Source: Podarcis liolepis
Taxonomy: Eukaryota
DNA: 64,000 bases
NCBI GenBank assembly: GCA_965112155.1
Contig: OZ218107.1
Direction: 5' to 3' (one strand)
The stretch's first letter is position 1; the number at the start of each line of letters is the position of its first letter. The position numbers were made by a program, and so were the translations under genes. The notes below the pieces were generated by a model. That model saw nothing but the letters and a program-made list of their open reading frames with translations. It had not been told where the DNA came from and made no database searches. Below, one piece after another: positions 1 to 13,627 of this stretch.

Positions 1-167
1 GCATTTAGTTAAGTCAGTGACTGTGTAAGACTAAACACTCCTTTGAGGCGTGAACTTTTCTTCAAGGTAACTGCTGCAAAGCCGCCTGTCTGGGATTAAA
101 GCACTCATAAATTTGCTGTTTCATCTCCCTACACCATTGCATTGCCGTGCATTAGCGGAAAGAAACT

Positions 168-184
168 GAGAGAGAGAGAGAGAG
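168..184. repeat. (GA)n microsatellite
   Basis: Direct reading: GAGAGAGAGAGAGAGAG. Confidence 0.9.
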
Positions 185-961
185 GCCAGAAGGCGGAACA
201 ACCTCGTATCCCAACTGTCTAAACAGCAGTGAGTCCACAACACTGGAATCACAGACCTCTTCCTGATTACATAAATAACCAGCCCACAACGTCTAAAAAA
301 CCATTTTGAAGGAGGGGGAAAAATGAAATCCAACTCATGGCCAAAGCAAACAGCTGTTAGAAGTGTTTTAGCCGGAAACAATCACAGCTAAGAAGCTGTT
401 TGTCCCATTCCCAACTATTTTTCACTGCTGACAGCCATAAGCTACAATACTTCATTCACTGTTCCTCCCATGAAATCAGGTTAAGTTCACACAGGCTAGC
501 AATGGATGCTGAATCTCAGATACTGTCTGCCTTTGCTATGTTAAACGCATTTAAGAACAAAGGTTAAGGGGAGGTGGGGGGGAGTATCTCCATTAGTGGC
601 AGTTTTTGTTGTTGTTTTGCCCTGGCCACCTTTCAAAATATCATATTCATTTTGGCAGTTGTCAAAATAGTTGACAATTCAGTCATCTAGCAATGTCTAA
701 AACTTCGTGTTACTTATGTGTGTGTTTTTTAAAAAAAGCGTGGAAAAGTGCCTTTATCAAGCAAAATGAGCAACATCTTGACTTTGAATCTTAACTCATT
801 GTGAAGATGGCTGAGGAAATCCCACCAACTCAGACTTTCCTCAGACTTCGCCTGCTCAGACACAAAAGAAGACTTAAGTACAATACGATCAGGAATGAAA
901 TCAAATGCATTTCTATGCAGACATACGTTATGCAGACTCACAATAGTTACGACAGCTAGCA

Positions 962-1128
962 TGGGCCACTAGGCAGAGATTTGGGAAGCTAAAGGTTCAA
1001 TATCCATCTCTACCATTAATCATTGTGGGACTTTATCCACATCACTATTCTCTGCCTTGGTGTGTCATAGGAAAAATACTAGCCTACTTTGCAAGGCTGT
1101 TGTGAGAGTGAACTAATGCTTGCTAAAT
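962..1128 (+). mobile_element. Old CORE/MIR-like SINE fragment
   Basis: Degenerate B-box-like AGGTTCAATATCC, then CORE-like ...CCTACTTTGCAAGGCTGTTGTGAGAGTGAAC. Recognised by resemblance only; boundaries approximate. Confidence 0.5.
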
Positions 1129-1407
1129 AGGAGTAGGAATATTCTAGGTAATGAGATCATTGGGCTAAGTGGTTCATAGAAAAATCACCTTCATATATGT
1201 TGTGTTTTGATGGTACATTATACATCATTGCCCGACTGTGAGTGTGTAGAACCATAGGTGTTTTGGGCCAGTTTGTAAATCTATCTCATTTTATTATACA
1301 TAAAGGAGCTGTCAGGATGCTTCATGCCGCTGTTAAACTGATTTAAGAGGTGGTGCTCTTTGTTAAGCCTCATAATGAAGCCATTAGTTAGATAGCGTGT
1401 GTATGAG

Positions 1408-1410
<3 letters not shown>

Positions 1411-1448
<38 letters not shown>
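1411..1448. repeat. (GT)19 microsatellite
   Basis: Direct reading. Confidence 0.97.
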
Positions 1449-1452
<4 letters not shown>

Positions 1453-3273
1453 TTGGCTTATGGGAAGGATCTGGGAATTGAGTACCTGAACATGGGGATA
1501 GATAAATTAATGAACATCTAATAGGTTCCACGCACACCCCAATCATCATGTGTTAACAAAATACAACTGGAAAAAATTAATGAAACTATTGTTAGGACCA
1601 ACACCTGCACAATGACAAAATTTATATATTGGCTTGATAATGCAAACAGCACACAAAGCTTATGAAAAACAACAATTTCATGTTCAGCAAAAGGAACATG
1701 AAAACCAAAGAAGAATTCGGCTAGAATAGCACCAGAGTCCATTCCCCCATGTGTGGTGCACGTGCACAACTACAGAACTAGGTCATTACAGGATGGTCTG
1801 AGTATGCATTCCATAGCCCATCCAGTTGTATCCCTTCTACACACTGAAGGAACAATTCTACCTGCTGCTGCTGTTGTTGCTGCTGTTATTTTCAAAAATG
1901 TTAACATTTTTATGGTCCAGCATTCTGTTCTTGGGCCAGCCAGTTGCCTGTTTTAAGTCTCCAAGCTGGACATGAGCGCAACAGCATTCTGCCTACCTGC
2001 AATTCCCAGCCACTGGCATGCACAACATGATGACTTGTGAAACTACGTCAACAGTTCAATAGTTCTTGGACAGGGCATGCCATCAGATCATCCATGAAGA
2101 TGGGGCCAGTTTGTGGGCAGCCAATTATTATATACCCAGCTGCCTCTGTCAATTGAAATGGCAAAAGAAACGCATTTGTAAAATTTTCTGCTGAACTCTA
2201 AGCTCTTTCAGCTTCTTCCACCTCCAAAAAAAACCTACCTGCCAATTTAAGGGATCTGAAACTGAATAGGAGTTTGCTGGTTATCTGCCAAGAAGCTGGT
2301 AGGGTGGCAAATTAATTCTTTCATCTTTCGAAAAGGGTTTTTTTCTCTTCATATTGGTCCAGAGCTCTTTGATGCTGACCAATTTTTGTTACTGTGGGTT
2401 AGGTTGAGAGTTTCAAAATCACAGCTATGCTGGCATTTGTTTCTGGACTAGAGTACAGAAAATTGCTCCATAAGGTTCCCATTCGGATTTCTTCTTTTCA
2501 AAAAAAAAAAAAAAAAAGCAGAAACATCTGTTGCAGTCATGAGCAAAGTCTTGGCCCACTTTGGCAACAGCAGTGAGATACTTTGAAGTCAATCAACTTT
2601 GCTATCACCAACAGATCTTCTTACAGTCAATGGAAATTCCTACACAGAAGGACTGCAAGACAACTCATACAAAATTACATCCCAAACAACAGGTGAGGGG
2701 AGCTATTAGTGCTTATTGAAATGGGGAAAGGATTGAGACAGTTTAATGGCCCAATACAGATGTAGAATAGTTCAGCTTACTTTAGCAGTATGACCCTTGG
2801 AGACACGCAAGTATGATTTCATTGAGTTACAAATGGGGTTAAATAAAGAATACCACAATGAATCTTGATTGGAAGAAGTAGCACTAGTTCATATGGCTAT
2901 CTTTTGCGGAGGGGAGGGTTCCTTATACACATACAGTCTCCATGACTTTGCATACGAAAGAGTGGCAACACTTACAACCCAGAAGCACATGGGTTCATTG
3001 TGTTTCTGTCCTTTTTGCAGTAAAACTATTACCCATCTACCACTGGTCCATATCTATCTCTGCATGATTGCAGGCATATGTATGCAAACTATTACAACAA
3101 AGACAACAAAAAATTATCATACAAACTGCCCCTTAGATGACAAGCTCCCAATAAAAATAGGGAGTGTTACTTGCTCTTCTAAAATGACATGTGAAATATT
3201 TATGCTCTGGTGGTGACACTAGGCTAACCCAGAGCAGAAGGAACAGTGTGAAAGCTGAGAGTATTCAGAAGTA

Positions 3274-3385
3274 CTGTATTGGCCTGAATACAAGCCACAC
3301 CCAAATATAAGCCGCACCTTTAAAATTCAGGGGGGGGGGAGAGAATACCCAACTATAAGCTGCTCCCTTAAAATTGGAGGGGGGG
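3274..3385. mobile_element. Tc1/mariner (pogo/Tc2-like) MITE, one end only
   Basis: TA followed by CTGTATTGGCCTGAATACAAGCC and repeated TATAAGCC-like subterminal motifs. Similar architecture to the complete element at 60313-60479; no second TIR found. Confidence 0.5.
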
Positions 3386-3585
3386 ATTCTGAAAGGTGGG
3401 TGGGTGGGGACGGGATGGACAGGAACTCAAAGAAGCCCTTCCATGCATGTATATTGCTTCTGCAGGCACATCTGGGCAGGTGTGATGATTTTCCATCCTG
3501 GCAGCTATCCTTACACACCCCAATCTTTAGGGAGCAGTTTCTTGGGAGGGAGGCATAGAAGGCTACCATGAGAAGGGAAACCTTA

Positions 3586-3722
3586 CAGCCTTTCTCAACC
3601 TGTGGGTCCCCAGATGTTGTTGAACTACAACTCCCATCACCCCTAGCTGCAAGGCCAGAGCTCAGGGATGATGGGAGTTGTAGTCCAACAACATCTGGGG
3701 ACCCACAGGTTGAGAACCGCTG
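3586..3722. mobile_element. Palindromic hAT-like MITE (~137 bp)
   Basis: Long inverted arms: TTCTCAACCTGTGGGTCCCCAGATGTTGTTGAACTACAACTCCCATCA versus TGATGGGAGTTGTAGTCCAACAACATCTGGGGACCCACAGGTTGAGAA, with CAG...CTG termini. No clear TSD. Confidence 0.85.
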
Positions 3723-6700
3723 CTAGAAGAACCTGAGTTTGTACAGAGCGCACAATACTTTGGAACTTCTCACTTGTAAGGCCAGTACCTCATTTACTAG
3801 AGTAGAATGTGGCAGATCTCTTGCGACTCCAATGATGCCTGCAAAAGAAAAGTGATTCCTTCCTACTTCAGCATCATGCCTGCCTGGAAGCCAGCAACTC
3901 TGGTGTGGGGGAGAAATCCACATAATTCAGGCAACCCACATGGTTTCACTTTAGCATCATCTTCACAAAAACAGATGAATCAGTCTTTATTTTCTTGAGG
4001 TTAATCTATGTTTAATAATATTCAGACTCTATCTCCTACTTTTTCTGCTTTCTTCATTAGGAAAGACATTTATGCCTGTGAAATACAGAAACAAAACGTA
4101 TCATTCATTTTTCATTTCTAATCTCAGTGCTACATTCAAAGTTTATGCACTTGAACTCAAACCTAAGTTGTTCTACATGTCCTCTTTCAACACTGTCTCT
4201 CAGTTAGCCACAAATATCTGAAAGTCCTCCTCATAGCGCCACACCCTTTCACATAACCTTTAAAAATAAGCAATCAGATGGCCCAGATTCTAACAGTAAG
4301 AAGAGTTGAGCTACAGAATCATTTGATTCACTCCCCTCCTTTCTGGCAACATAACAGAGAAAAAGATCAAAGTCCACTGTTCTCTACCTTGTTGGAAAAC
4401 CTACATTTAGTCCATCCACAAATAAGTAGGGAAGATCCATATGTTCCCATCAACTCTTGGCCTCTTGTCTTCTGCCAAGCATATGTGAGTATTTCCTTGA
4501 ACACAGGTGCTCCATTTTATTTTGAATGAAGCAAACAACTATTTCTATGATATGGTGTATTGCTTGGGGCCACATTTTAGTCTGCATTTTAATCTTATAT
4601 GTGGACTTTCCTGGGAGCAAGCCGCATTGAACACAGTTAGACTTGCTTCTGAATAGACAAACATAGGATTAGACAGTCCAATACTTCCTAGTTCTTTTTT
4701 TAAAAAAAATAAAGTCACTGTAGGAGACAGGTAAATTGAGACTTTTGCCAGTTAGCTCAGTCACATCTTATAAAACATAAACAGGCACACACACACACAC
4801 ACACTGCTTATGCACATCCAACTCATGCATGACCATGTTTACATGGGTTGCAGTAAAATATTAAATAGATTGGCCTTCCCTTGCTGGGTGCTGCTACCCA
4901 AGTGAGGGAGGGAGGCCTTCAATCGACCAGTGGCGCAGGGTGGGAGACACCTTTTCCCCAATCTCCAATGCTCTGACAATAATCTACACTCCTATCCTGG
5001 CATCAGTTCTGCTGGGTGTCCTTTTTGGCCCTGACCGTCCATGGCCAGCTACCACTGCTGCACACACTACATCCCCTCAAGCAGGCAGGCAGGCAGGCTC
5101 AGGACAGGCCAGGCAGCGGCCTAAGAGATTTTCAGGATGTGTCAGTCTCTATCCCCACCTCCCCCCACACCCTCCCTATTAAAGTGGGATCCTCCCAATT
5201 TCACATGATTTCACTTATGCACATGAGAGCCCAGAACGTAACCCCCACGTGTGGGGGGATGTCTGTATATTATTTATTTAGAAATCCCATCATGTTGGCA
5301 ACTGACACAAGACATCTAAAGGCAGTGGACGCATTATTAGCATTGCAACCAGCTTTAATAACAATTTTAAGATCAGCAGGAACCCCTTGATGCATTCGGT
5401 TCAAAACACCTGAGAAAAATAGATACTTCTTCATTCTTTGAGTGAATTCTAGGAAGTAGTAAGCAACAAGTGTGTGTATGTGCGCGTGTGCATGCAGATC
5501 ACACACTCCGCCTCTCATGTTTGGCTGCATATATCCTGTGGATTGACCGCCCGGTGGTAAACCATGGTTAATAGTTTACTGTGAACTTGCAAAAGGCTCA
5601 TACTTCATTCCACCCCTCTAGCTAGCAGAAGCAACAAACTGTGCCTTAGTGTTGTATTGAAACTGGAAATCATAGTTTGTTTTGCTCCGATCATGGTTTG
5701 TTGAACAAAACAAACTGCAACCTCCAGTTTGATGTAATGCTATGCTAGGGATCATGAGGTGTTGCTCCCGCTGGCTAGAGAAGAGCAAAGTGAGAACAAT
5801 TGCTGTGCTCATGGTAAACCATAATCCACTTACTTGGACATGCAAACTGAGCCACTGTCTCCTTCCACTCTTCCTGAAACCCAGCTCAGTAAGATTATTT
5901 GGCTTATAGTCAATTTGGTTCTATTGAAGTTGAAGCAGAATTGGGGGAAATGTACGTGTTTCTGCTTAATCAACTTGTGGACTAGCCTGTCTGGCTCCCA
6001 TGTGTGTGCTTAAAATTCATCACCGCTTCCTTAGCAATTCACCTTCTGTGTTTCATCTTCTGCAAATGGGAGAGATCAGAATAGCTCACAGCTGTGAAAG
6101 AGAACTTCAGATCCTACAGATGTTATTTTCTTCCTTTTGCTGAGTGTTCTATTCAGAATCAGAAATATTACCTTACAGATGTGCCTTGCACGAAAATGAT
6201 GCTAAAGTTATTTATTAAACTGATCTAGCCTTAAAGGGCAAAACAGGAGACAAATGGTTATATTAGCCATCTTCCTGCATCCATTGTGCTTTCCGAACTG
6301 GTGTAGACTATTGTAAAGGCAATGCTTGTATGAAAGATACATTTCTTGTTTCATTTGCAATTAATATGATCAATTCAACACTAACTAACAATACAGGATA
6401 CCAAAAAATATTTGCTGTTGCTTCAAGCAGTGACTTTAGCTTCCTTTAGAAGCTTGGTAGCATTTCCTTTGTAATTTGGGGCTTATCAACACAGTGCATA
6501 GTCTAACTGTGGACTATGTTAATCTCACTGTGATTTCTATGTTTTAAACACGATTTTATTTCACATTACTAGTTTGCTGCTGGAAGTGACATATGCAATG
6601 CCCTGAAAATTAAGAATGATTTAAAAAAAAAAAACCTTTGCTAAAAAAAACCTAAGGGTACCTTTTAAGTACTAGAGTTTTCAGTGAGAAAGATTCAACC

Positions 6701-7907
6701 CTTTCAATGAAATCAATGTATTTTTGTAACTTTGGATGGATGCAGCCAGCAGTAGTTCTAGTAGTTTAAAAGTTTGGTTTGACAATTCTGACTTGCTGGA
6801 TTCTCTATTTTTACCATAATCTTCTGAGGCATGATTACATCCCTCGTGTAAACCTTCGTAGCCTTTATTTTGTGCCCTGTTGCTTTCTGAAATATTCAAA
6901 ATGACACCTGCCCATGCAACTTTTCTGCCCCTTTGACCTTTTATATTTCTGTCTAGAACCGACTGTAAGTTGTTCACCCAGAGAATTTCCAGGGACCTGA
7001 CAAACATCTTGCAAGTTATTTTTGCTCTTCTTCATGTAACCTAACTAATTTATGTAACCTGCTAAACCTAATAGAAGAAAGTGAAAGGAAAAGAAAAGAA
7101 AGACGTATGAGAGGCAGCTTCTGAACAAAATTATGGGCCCCAATGTAACATTGTTTTAATGATGTTGTATACCACAAATACACATACACTGTATCATGAA
7201 CTTCTTTTAGGCTAGAGGCAATAAATTAGTGTGCTTTGCTGAAACTTCCAAGGTTTTTTTTCCAACTGTTTGAGATGTGTGTGCAGGTAGGACGGAAGCA
7301 GATGCCTTCAAAGAGGATGGGATGGGTGCAAAGTTTGGAGAAAGGGTTGTTGTGTTTTTAGGTGGTGGTGGTTGCATCACATACTTGCAAGTTCCAGGAA
7401 GTGTTTCCAGGTTGTCAGCCAGCATATAGAGAGCTCTGTGCTATCCACACAAGGCTTTTAGAGAATTTTAAGAGCAATGCAAAAATTAAAATGCCATTAT
7501 GGATCAAGCACGACTTGTGTCTTGGAGAAATTCCTATTCTGTAACTATCCATTTCAGAGCATGAACTGAGCCTCTCTACAGAGAAGATACATTTTGTTTG
7601 GGTTGGAGCGTAAATTAGCGCTATTATCCTTGCCCATTACAAAATGGGATTTTGTGGGATTTTATCTGATACCCAGCCAAGAAATGAAGACTTCCTGATC
7701 TAGAGATGGTCACGGATTGTTGTTGTTTTTCATTAGAAGGTTTTATTACATAAAAGGTAATAAAACTTTAAGTGAAATCAGGCATGATTCTCATGGAGGA
7801 ACAAGCCATTTCAGGCAGGTGGAATCAGGAGAACTGGAATTTTACAACCTTGTCAGATAATAATCAGTTAAAAAGGGGGGGGGGGACACAAATACAGAGG
7901 AAGAGGA

Positions 7908-7910
<3 letters not shown>

Positions 7911-7946
<36 letters not shown>
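7911..7946. repeat. (TG)18 microsatellite
   Basis: Direct reading. Confidence 0.97.
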
Positions 7947-7949
<3 letters not shown>

Positions 7950-9059
7950 AAACTTAAGGGTGCCTGTATATTTCACACAGGCTTGTTGAGAAGAGTGCTG
8001 AAAAAAGACAATTTAGTATCTATTCCATGATTACGTAGAAGACAGAACAAATGATATACCACAGTGATTACACATAGTACTAGAAATATAGGCATGCAGA
8101 CAAACAAGGTTCATGGAAGTATACTGCTAATTCGGTAGTGGGATTAAGTAAAATAAGTACATAGTACAGAGCAGTAGGACAATATAACCAACTACTACTA
8201 AGAAAAGCATTCATGCAGCATCATTCAAATACACAATATCTAAGGGTGTGCACTGACCACAATATTTGGTTCAAACCCTAATCCAGCACTCAGAGAAAAC
8301 AGATCATATTAGTCCACGGCACTTCATAGGCTGTCTCATTCAGCCAGGAATCCACCTATCAGCTTCATTTCCACACACACCCTCCCCACCCCCAATCATT
8401 ATAGGGGGAAAAAAAACAGTTATAACTTTTTCCTTCCTTGTGACAGACATGGATTAAACTTGCAGACACAGTAGCCCTCCGTGGTGGATACAGCTAGCTA
8501 AATTACAGGCAAATGGGCATCTTTACATCGTTTGTGTGTGTGCATTATTTTTTAAAGGAAACAACTTGCTTATTTGGAGGCACATGAAAATTGAAAGTAC
8601 CTCTTCTGAGGGCATGAATATCGCAGTATTTCAAAATAGCTTCAGTTTTTGCTTTCGGATGGTTAAAAAAGGAATATAACTTAATTGCACCTGGTTTACA
8701 GTGGACAATTGGTCTGAACTTGCAGACATGAGAAGAGTTCCCCTTGGTAAGCATACAAATAGGTCCAGCTGCTTTTATGCTATTCACCACTGTCTGTGTT
8801 GTTTAAATTGGATGGCTGTCTTTCACTACCATGGTTTGGAGTTTTTTGAATTCCTTAATGTAAAAAAGTAAGTCTCATTGTATTGCATTTCCAGCAATAT
8901 ACATCTTCTAGCCTGCACATAGCAGGAAGGTTGGATACAATTCTGAACCAACAACAGAGGCCTATTGCTTTCAAAAGATTGTATCTTGCTTTGCTTTGCA
9001 GACATCTAAATGTTTTATACGTCTTCTTTAAAATGCCTTTGGAGTTCCATTGCATCCAT

Positions 9060-9213
9060 TGCATGGATGGCTTCAAAAGAGGATTAGACAAATTTATGGA
9101 GGGTAAGTCATGATGGCTGTGTACTTCTTCCACTGCTGAAGACAATATGCCTCTGAATACCATTTGTGGGATTTCCACAGACATCTGGTTGGCCACTATG
9201 AGAAAAGAATGCT
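9060..9213 (+). mobile_element. CR1 LINE 3' fragment
   Basis: Encodes DGFKRGLDKFME (CR1 ORF2 C-terminus), followed by CR1 3' UTR-like CATCTGGTTGGCCACT, which is shared with 25720-25818. Confidence 0.8.
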
Positions 9214-11493
9214 TATTGCTCCTCAAGTTTCTCTGAGGTTTTCCTCAGTTCCTCAGTCTCTTTGGAATATTCCCTTTGTGAAGTTCACATACAAATTGCC
9301 TCTTAACAATACCCACCTTCTAGCCAGTCCTTAAAGGCACAATATTTTGAAAAGGGATTTCTTCATTCAACTGCAGATAAGGAAAGATATTCACTGTAAA
9401 GCTTAGCCTTCTTGTGGACCCTGAATCTTTCTTTGAAAATAATGTCAATGATCAATTTTCACAACCCTTTGTAAACGAAAGAGAAAATTGCAACCTTCTC
9501 CGGAGCAATTAGATGGCATACCAGGCTATATTTTCCCTCCATAATACCCAGCAGTGCTGTTACATATTATTCCAGTGGGATCTCATTAACTTCCGAGATG
9601 TCGCCCCAACCTTTCTGTGTAAGTAGACTAGATTTCACAGCACTGTGAAAGGTCTTGGCTTTTTCAGTATGTCATCTCACACAGTTTCAAAGTACTTACA
9701 ACTCTGCATTGCACGCAAATCTTTTATATCTGTTGCATATCTCATGGCAACTACACACATAAATTACACACCAACTAGCAAAAATACAGGCACATGGACA
9801 AGACTGGGTTGTTGACTTTATATTGGGTAGCAAAACTGAGAAAGCATAAGGAAACAGCTGTGAAGAAAGTCTAACTACAGATATGGCAGGAAAGCTGGAG
9901 GAGGGGGAGGAGAAGAAGGAGGACTGCCCTCTTGACCCTGGTGTTGCTACAGCCTACCTGGATGGCGGGGGAGGGGGTGAGACTGCGGTTGTGCAGGCAC
10001 ACCAGCGAAACCTGCCCATTATTCCAAATAGTGATATATTCAGCCTTAATCTCACTGCTGCCCCACCTCAGCCCTGTCCAGGCAACATGCAGTGGTGCTG
10101 GTGTCAGGAGGGTGGTTTAATGGTACTGCCTCACCACACCAGCTGCCACTGAGAAGAATGAAGAGGAGAGAAGATGGAGGTTGCAGTTGGGGGCAGTATT
10201 ATTGCCTTATACTTATCAACTTATCAACATCACTGATTGCTACACATTTCTTTCTGCAACTATTGGCATGTTGTAGTTAAAGCCAATCATGTCACTCCTG
10301 TTCTTTATTTACCTAAGTTTGGGACAGGTGTGAGCATCTGTATTTTATCTCAGCTATACCTGTGTAGTCTTGAAGAAACATTTTCTTGACATAAGGAGTC
10401 AAAGTATGATACAGTTGAAGGACCGTTGCTCTATATCTTGAAATATCTGATGAATCAACACTTTTACAACAATCATCACTTAGTGACTGCTCCTTTTCTT
10501 CAGCCTCATCCATGATCTCCAGGATATTTCTTTATTAGGACCTCTAATGATTCCATTTACTGCCATTATCACCCATGCAGCATGTCTCAAGCTACTTCAA
10601 AGTGCTGCTATAGCCTCTTGATCCACATATCCACAGACCTTATCCCTTCATCATTACTATCCCTAGCTGTACTCTTTTGACAACTAGAACTGAGTCAGGC
10701 AGCTGTCAGAAATAAGAAAACAGTCTCCATCAACCAGCTGCTCCTACCATCTCCTCCCTCGCAGTGTGGTGGAGGGGATGACGACAAACGATGCATCCTC
10801 AAATCAGAGAGGTCTCCATATGGACAGAAGGTCACAACTGTCATCACAGGAATTTGCCATATATCCTCTAATGAGGTACAGCTAAAGGAACACAACTCTA
10901 TACTTGTGAACTGGCAAGGATAAAATGCTAGACAGCTTTATAATATAGTGATATTTATGGATCATGTTTTGGATTGCAAAGAATATGTATCATCAACCAC
11001 TCTGATGTCACCGTTTGCTCAACTTAGGAAAATATTGTGATTACTGGGGAACCCTATGACTAAAGCTCAAGTCAAATCCACCCAAAGCCCTTAAATACAT
11101 AGACTTTGAGCACACCCTATAACTAAATTAAATTTTATAGGGATTTTTTGTGTTGTTTCATTTTCTTTTCTGTCTGCTTCAGTAATAATATGCTGAAAGA
11201 GTTTTCCTTATTTTTGAGAAACTGGATAGTGATGTTGCAACGATTTCATTGATTATACAGATATAGGAATTTCTATATATTAATAACAGATTATCTAGAG
11301 AAATGAAGTGAGAGTTACTAGGAACTTTCTTGTTATTAGCACAAAATAATGTTTGCTAAACACTGAAGAGATATATAAGAGTTCCCCAGTGTGAAAACAT
11401 ACTCAATGTCTTACATCTGATGCCATATAACATGCACTTTAAAAAAATGCTAATATGCAAATCTGACTTTGAATCCTACAAGCACCACAGTCC

Positions 11494-11640
11494 TAGAATC
11501 ATAGAATTGTAGAGTTAGAAGGGACCATGAGGATCATCTAGTCCAACCCCCTGCAAAACAGGAATCTTTTGCCCAACATGGGGCTTAAACCCATGATCCT
11601 AAGATTAGGTCTCATGCGCCAACAACTTAGCTATCCCAGC
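11494..11640 (-). mobile_element. tRNA(Lys)-derived SINE with CR1-type tail
   Basis: Minus strand reads GCTGGGATAGCTAAGTTGTTGGCGCATGAGAC...GGTTTAAGCCCCATGTTGGGC (A/B boxes), then TTGGACTAGATGATCC...CCCTTCTAACTCTACAATTCTATGATTCTA (CR1 3' end). Second copy at 50554-50685. Confidence 0.85.
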
Positions 11641-12785
11641 ACATCCCAGTATTAGAGTCCAGGCACCAGATTCTGATGAAAGCAGGTGACACACAAACAC
11701 GCCCCCCCCCCCAGTAATCCCACCAGGAAACGCTGTATAAAAACAAATTGCATAAAAGAGGAGTGCTACTCATTCCTGGCTTCAGATATTATTTGCTTAC
11801 TAAATTTGCATTCCACCTTTCTACCAAACGATGCTCAGGATGGCTAACATCTATATCTAATACATCTATAAGCAGTGGGCCTGATTTTCATAAATAACTT
11901 TCTGAATGGTAACTTCTTAAGCATGGTAACTTCTTAAGAATAATTCCCAAATTTTACTATTGAAGCAGGCACAGAAAAGCAGGCAAAGGCAGGACAACTG
12001 CAGTGTCCATATATCCAGGATCCTAAACTTCTAAAACAGTTGCCTAAGTATTTTAGATTCCTCCCCCCACAAAAAAGTCTTTAAAAAGCACATGTGTAAC
12101 AGCAATGGACAGTGGTTTTCACTACATTTCATATTACAATACATTGCTGCTCTTTATCTGCTTCGGAAACTTCTAACTGATAAAGCTCACATACATAGGT
12201 AGGAAAGTGATGAAATATATGAAGATGCCATTAACTGCAAAGCTGGACACCCACATTTCCTGTGATAATACATTTTATCTATTTAACAGAAGTAACATGA
12301 GAACATAATAATCGGCCAAATGCCTGCTTTCCCCATTCATTGCTTTGTTTTAGCCATTTACTCTCTTTGTTCCCAGCTCCTTCCACATTAGACTGGTAAG
12401 GCAGGGGCTCATGGCAAACACAGCAAACTAACTTAACCACACATCTGCCCTGGAGTTTGTTGGCTATGGAGCTTTCAGTGTTTTTTGGCTCAGTGATGTA
12501 AAGGCATTACGGATTTTCCTCTTTGATTTATTCTTTTCCCTCAAGAGACAAGTGCTCCAAGTGAGTTAACAGTTACCTAGAAAAGAGTTATCTTTCTTTG
12601 TTCTGGGACGATAGTTCTGATGTTCTTAGCTGGTTCGTAATAGTTGTCTGAAATTCCTTCAAAAGGAAACCCCATACTACAGTATTTCTTCATAGCTGCA
12701 CTGCTTTACTTTTTTCTTTTTCTTTTTAACCAACCATAAAATGAATTGTTTCCTGCATCTCTGAAAAATAAGACTAACCAGTCAC

Positions 12786-13627
12786 CAGTGCTTTTCTCTG
12801 GTGGTATGCAACCCGTTTTGGGAGGGGGAGAGAACACAATTCACAGTGTTGGCGCTGACCTTTAAAACTGTAAATGGCCTCGGACCAGTATACCTGAAGG
12901 AGCGTCTCCAACCCCATCGTTCAGCCTGGACAATGAAGTCCACCTCAGAGGGCTTTCTGACGGTTCACTCACTGCAAGAAGTGAGGTTACAGGGAACGAG
13001 GCAGAGGGCCTTCTCAGAACCCACCCTGTGGAACGCCCTCCTATCAGAGTCAAGGAAATAAACAACTATCTGACTTTTAGAAGATACCTGAAGGCAGCCC
13101 TGTTTGGGGAAGTTTTCCATGTTTGGTATTTTATCGTGTTTTTAATATTCTGTTGGGAGCCGCCCAGAGTGGCTGGGGAAACCCAACCCAGGGCAGGGTA
13201 TGTATGTATGAATTAACAACAACTACTACTACTACTACTACTACTACTAAGAATAATAATAATAATTAATAATATATTAAGAGGCAGAAGGGCTCTCGGA
13301 CCCTGTCAGAGCATTACACCTCCTTTCCTAAGGTGGGCAAACTCTTCCCAGGCTTGGGGTAAGTAGGCGTGAGCCTGTGTCCTGGCCGAACGTTGGACAG
13401 TATGAAACAGGCATGCACAGTCAGGTCATGAGAATAAAGATATGGTGTTGCAGCAAGTAATTTAATTATGATAAATCATGTAATAACTATATACCAAAAT
13501 CTTAATGAAGTTCCAGTAAAACATATAATTGTTTTACATATAACTTTTCTTCTTGCCCCAAGGAATTTTTTTGTCTAGGGCTTCTGCCCAGAGTACCAGC
13601 ACCATTTTTTCTAGAAGCAAAGCACAA
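12786..13627. mobile_element. Non-autonomous hAT-like element interrupted by an L2 insertion
   Basis: Left end CAGTGCTTTTCT; right end CCAGCACCATTTTTTCTAGAAGCAAAGCACAA resembles the ends of the hAT MITEs at 23820 and 40437. Candidate 8-bp TSD CCAGTCAC/TCAGTGAC (6/8). Confidence 0.55.
12831..13265 (+). mobile_element. L2-clade LINE 3' end (5'-truncated)
   Basis: ORF2 C-terminal peptides QFTVLALTFKTVNGLGPVYLKERL...RQRAFS..LWNAL and KEINNYLTFRRYLKAALF across a frameshift, then a 3' UTR and an (AAC)(TAC)n(AAT)n tail. Confidence 0.9.

Noticed and set aside
2626-2692. Possible 66-nt plus-strand exon (TTACAG...CAG|GTGAGG) open in all frames
   Set aside because: Short pyrimidine tract, no recognisable peptide, and such pairs are expected by chance.
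6681-7007. 108-aa minus-strand ORF
   Set aside because: No recognisable domain, and the length is within chance expectation for 64 kb in six frames.
11570-11640. tRNA-Lys-like sequence as a tRNA gene
   Set aside because: Stems are degenerate and it is fused to a CR1-type tail, so it is a SINE head.
11906-11940. 17-bp direct repeat ATGGTAACTTCTTAAG(C) x2
   Set aside because: Ordinary slippage-type micro-duplication; two units and no spacers.
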